From Leucoraja erinacea (taxonomy: Eukaryota), in assembly GCF_028641065.1 (NCBI RefSeq), contig NC_073393.1, positions 28,830,001 to 28,894,000 of the forward strand: a stretch of DNA of 64,000 nt, in the 5' to 3' direction. This document shows, piece after piece, positions 61,379 through 64,000 of the stretch; positions within the stretch are counted from its first letter, which is position 1, and every line of letters begins with the position of its first letter. The translations under genes were made by a program, and so were the position numbers. The notes under the pieces were generated by a model. That model did no database searches and had not been told where the DNA came from. It saw only the letters and a program-made list of their open reading frames with translations.

Positions 61379-62704
61379 ATTTACAGTCTATCCATGATTA
61401 GCATTTTAGTATGCAATCCATAGACACTCATGTTGAAGAGGCGCAGAATTTAGCAGATAATTGACCTGCCCAATGGCTGGTTAGACAGCAGCTTGAATTG
61501 GGTTCACAAACATTGACAAGAGCTGAGGATGTCCAAAGTTGGTAAAGTGTAAAATGAATGAATAATTACAATTGATGAAGAATGGTGCTTACATGAAAAG
61601 TTACAAAAGTACAGATACACACTCACACTTACAAACACAAATGTACGAATACACCCATGCATGTGCATTCATGGGACTCCAACAATGAGCACAAAGTGAC
61701 ACAGCCTGTGTTTTACTGAGTAGAAGTTTACATTGCTGCCCCAGCTTTAATTTGCCCATTTATGGCCAGATCTTGTGTCATTGTTTGTGGCAGGTCTGGT
61801 TACATAACCAGTTTGCTCCCAAAGAGCCAAGTAATCAAAGCCATGGTATCCATCACCTTGCTTGCTACTCACTACTGTCTACATTATGATTAAAATAACA
61901 ATCAAAATAATAATGGAGATAAGAGAGTGGGTTAGAGGGGAATTTTATCGATCGAGAGTTGCTTTCCTTTCATTTGCAAATGCAATTGCACTTTTCATTT
62001 CAGAACACAAGCCAACTCAATTTATGAATGTAGCAAATGCTCTATTCTGAGCTCTGACAAAGACGAGATTACTACATAGTTAGAAGAATGGCAAAGGCTG
62101 CTTGATGATCATTGAATGGTTTAATGGTTCTTTATTAAGACTTGAACCAAGGTACAGTGAAATTCTGTTTTTGCATACAGATCAGTAAGATACAATCCCC
62201 GATTAAATAGAGAATGCATAGAAACAGCCCGTTGAGTCCAGATTGAAGAGTCGTTTTCAAAGTTGACAAAAAAGTACACAAAATGCTGGTGTAAATTTAG
62301 TGGGACAGACTGGAGAGATGCTGCCTGTCTCGCTGAGTTATTCCAGCAGATTGTATCTTTCTTTGTTGTTCCCTATGGAATGTGCTCCCTTTGAAATTAT
62401 GCATGGAAGCATAGACCCTTGTCCCAGGAACATTAATCATTCAGCACTTCTGGAACCACTGTGCTTTCCCAACTCTGCACTTGTCTAGGCTACTGTATGT
62501 ATCAGGTTAGTCCTTGCTTATCATTCCCCCTTTGAATGCCCCCCTCCCTCCCCTCATACTGCACAAGAGACCATATGTGCTGCCCCTCTGACCTTGATCC
62601 TAGTCATCCAAGCTATCAATCTTCCCAACCCCTTAACTTCACGATAACTTGGGAACCGTCCCCTCCTATTTCAGCTAGTTTTGCCCATAAGATATGGTCA
62701 ACGA

Positions 62705-62868
62705 TAGCTTTACTAAATATATTGGTACATGGATAGGATACATTTAGAGGGATATGGGCCCAATGCAGGCAGTTAGGACTATATTGTTGGTATGTTGCTT
62801 GGTTTGGTCAAGTTGGGCTGAAGGCCCTGTTTCCACACTTTATGACTCAATAACTCGATGACTCTATG
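62705..62868 (+). mobile_element. CR1 3' end
   Basis: tacatggatagg...tttagagggatatgggcc...ccctgtttcc. Confidence 0.72.
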
Positions 62869-63919
62869 CTTTCATTTCAGTGGTCACAATCTGTTTATTT
62901 TTGGGTCCTCTTATCATCTAACATATAATAATCTGTCTATCCCTTCATGTTAGTTTTTGATGAACAAAATATGTATTTGACATACCAATGTCTATCTTAA
63001 AAATATGGAATGTTTTATTTCTTTACAGTGCATACATTCACAATGTTCATCCACCATTCAACTAGCGACTGCAGTTGGAGACTTTCAAAGGCTGTAACAG
63101 GATGAAGTTAATAAAGAGACATCGCTCTTCTATTTTATTTATTCTTATCTTTGCACCTGCATGGCATTGGTGAGGTCAGCATTTATTGCCATCCTTATTT
63201 GCTCTTGAGAAGGCTGTGGTGAGCCATGTCTTTAAACTGCTGCAATTCACCTGGTGGATGTCTTTTGTCTCAAAGTACTTGCTAGAGAGGGAATTCCTGG
63301 ATGCTGGTGCAGTGCCAATGAAGGAACAGCTATGAAATAAATGGGATTAATGTAGAATTTGTGTAAATGGGTGGTTCATGGTCGCTGCTGACTCAGAGAG
63401 TCAGGGAGCTATGGAGCATGGAAACATGCCCTTCAGCCCACTTGTCCATGTTGTCTAACATGCATTAACCAGCTAGTCCCACTTGCCTGCACCAGGGGCT
63501 TGTAAGCACATGTATCTTTTGATAAGATCTAATGCAATCGGCTGGCTGCATAGATCACCCTTATACTCACTGCAGTGCTGGTTTGATTACCTGATGTCAT
63601 AAAATAGATAATGTGATTCATAATCCAACCATCTACAGATATTTCATCGAAGACCTTCCTTCATCTCAGTGACAGAAGTGGGGATGTTCACATATGATTG
63701 CACAATGGTCACTTCCGTTCCAAATCCTTTCGTGATTTACCAGAAACTCAACTGGGTCCATGTTTAGTCAGAGGACTGGTTTCCTGTGGCGAATGACTAA
63801 TCTCTGACATCCCATAGCATATGCTTGGAACGTTATGGAGTGCATCTTGTCTAATCAGCTGAATGCCATTCCAACACCACTCAAGAGGCTCAACAACTCA
63901 ATCGAGGTAGGAGTTGATT

Positions 63920-64000
63920 TGCGCCATGATCAGCCTCTCAAAGCACTTCATCACCACAGATATTAGTGCCACTGGTCGATAGTCATTGAGGCACGTCACC
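63920..64000 (-). mobile_element. Rex1-type RT fragment running off the window
   Basis: Minus strand reads [25 protein letters not shown]. Confidence 0.75.

Overview
AT-rich vertebrate genomic DNA with no recognisable host protein-coding exon, so intergenic or deep intronic. The repeat complement (HE1-like V-SINEs with (CTAAA)n tails, CR1 and Rex1/Babar LINEs, Penelope-derived repeats) suggests a cartilaginous fish, probably a skate or ray (inference). Nearly all ORFs in the track are TE fragments or noise. Identifiable elements: two DIRS1-type tyrosine-recombinase retrotransposons (one cut by the window start, one internally deleted but with both termini); a near-intact Passport-like Tc1 transposon; a Penelope GIY-YIG remnant; a solo LTR; an L1 3' end; a non-autonomous Helitron; two non-coding TIR elements; a CpG-rich bipartite non-autonomous retroposon; and many CR1, Rex1 and SINE copies, often nested. 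The most notable signal is a family of about 20 short Penelope-derived repeats carrying a minimal type-I hammerhead ribozyme core (CUGAnGA-A-stem II-GAAAC-GUH), several arranged as near-perfect palindromes with one ribozyme per strand. Boundaries of degenerate repeats are estimated by eye.
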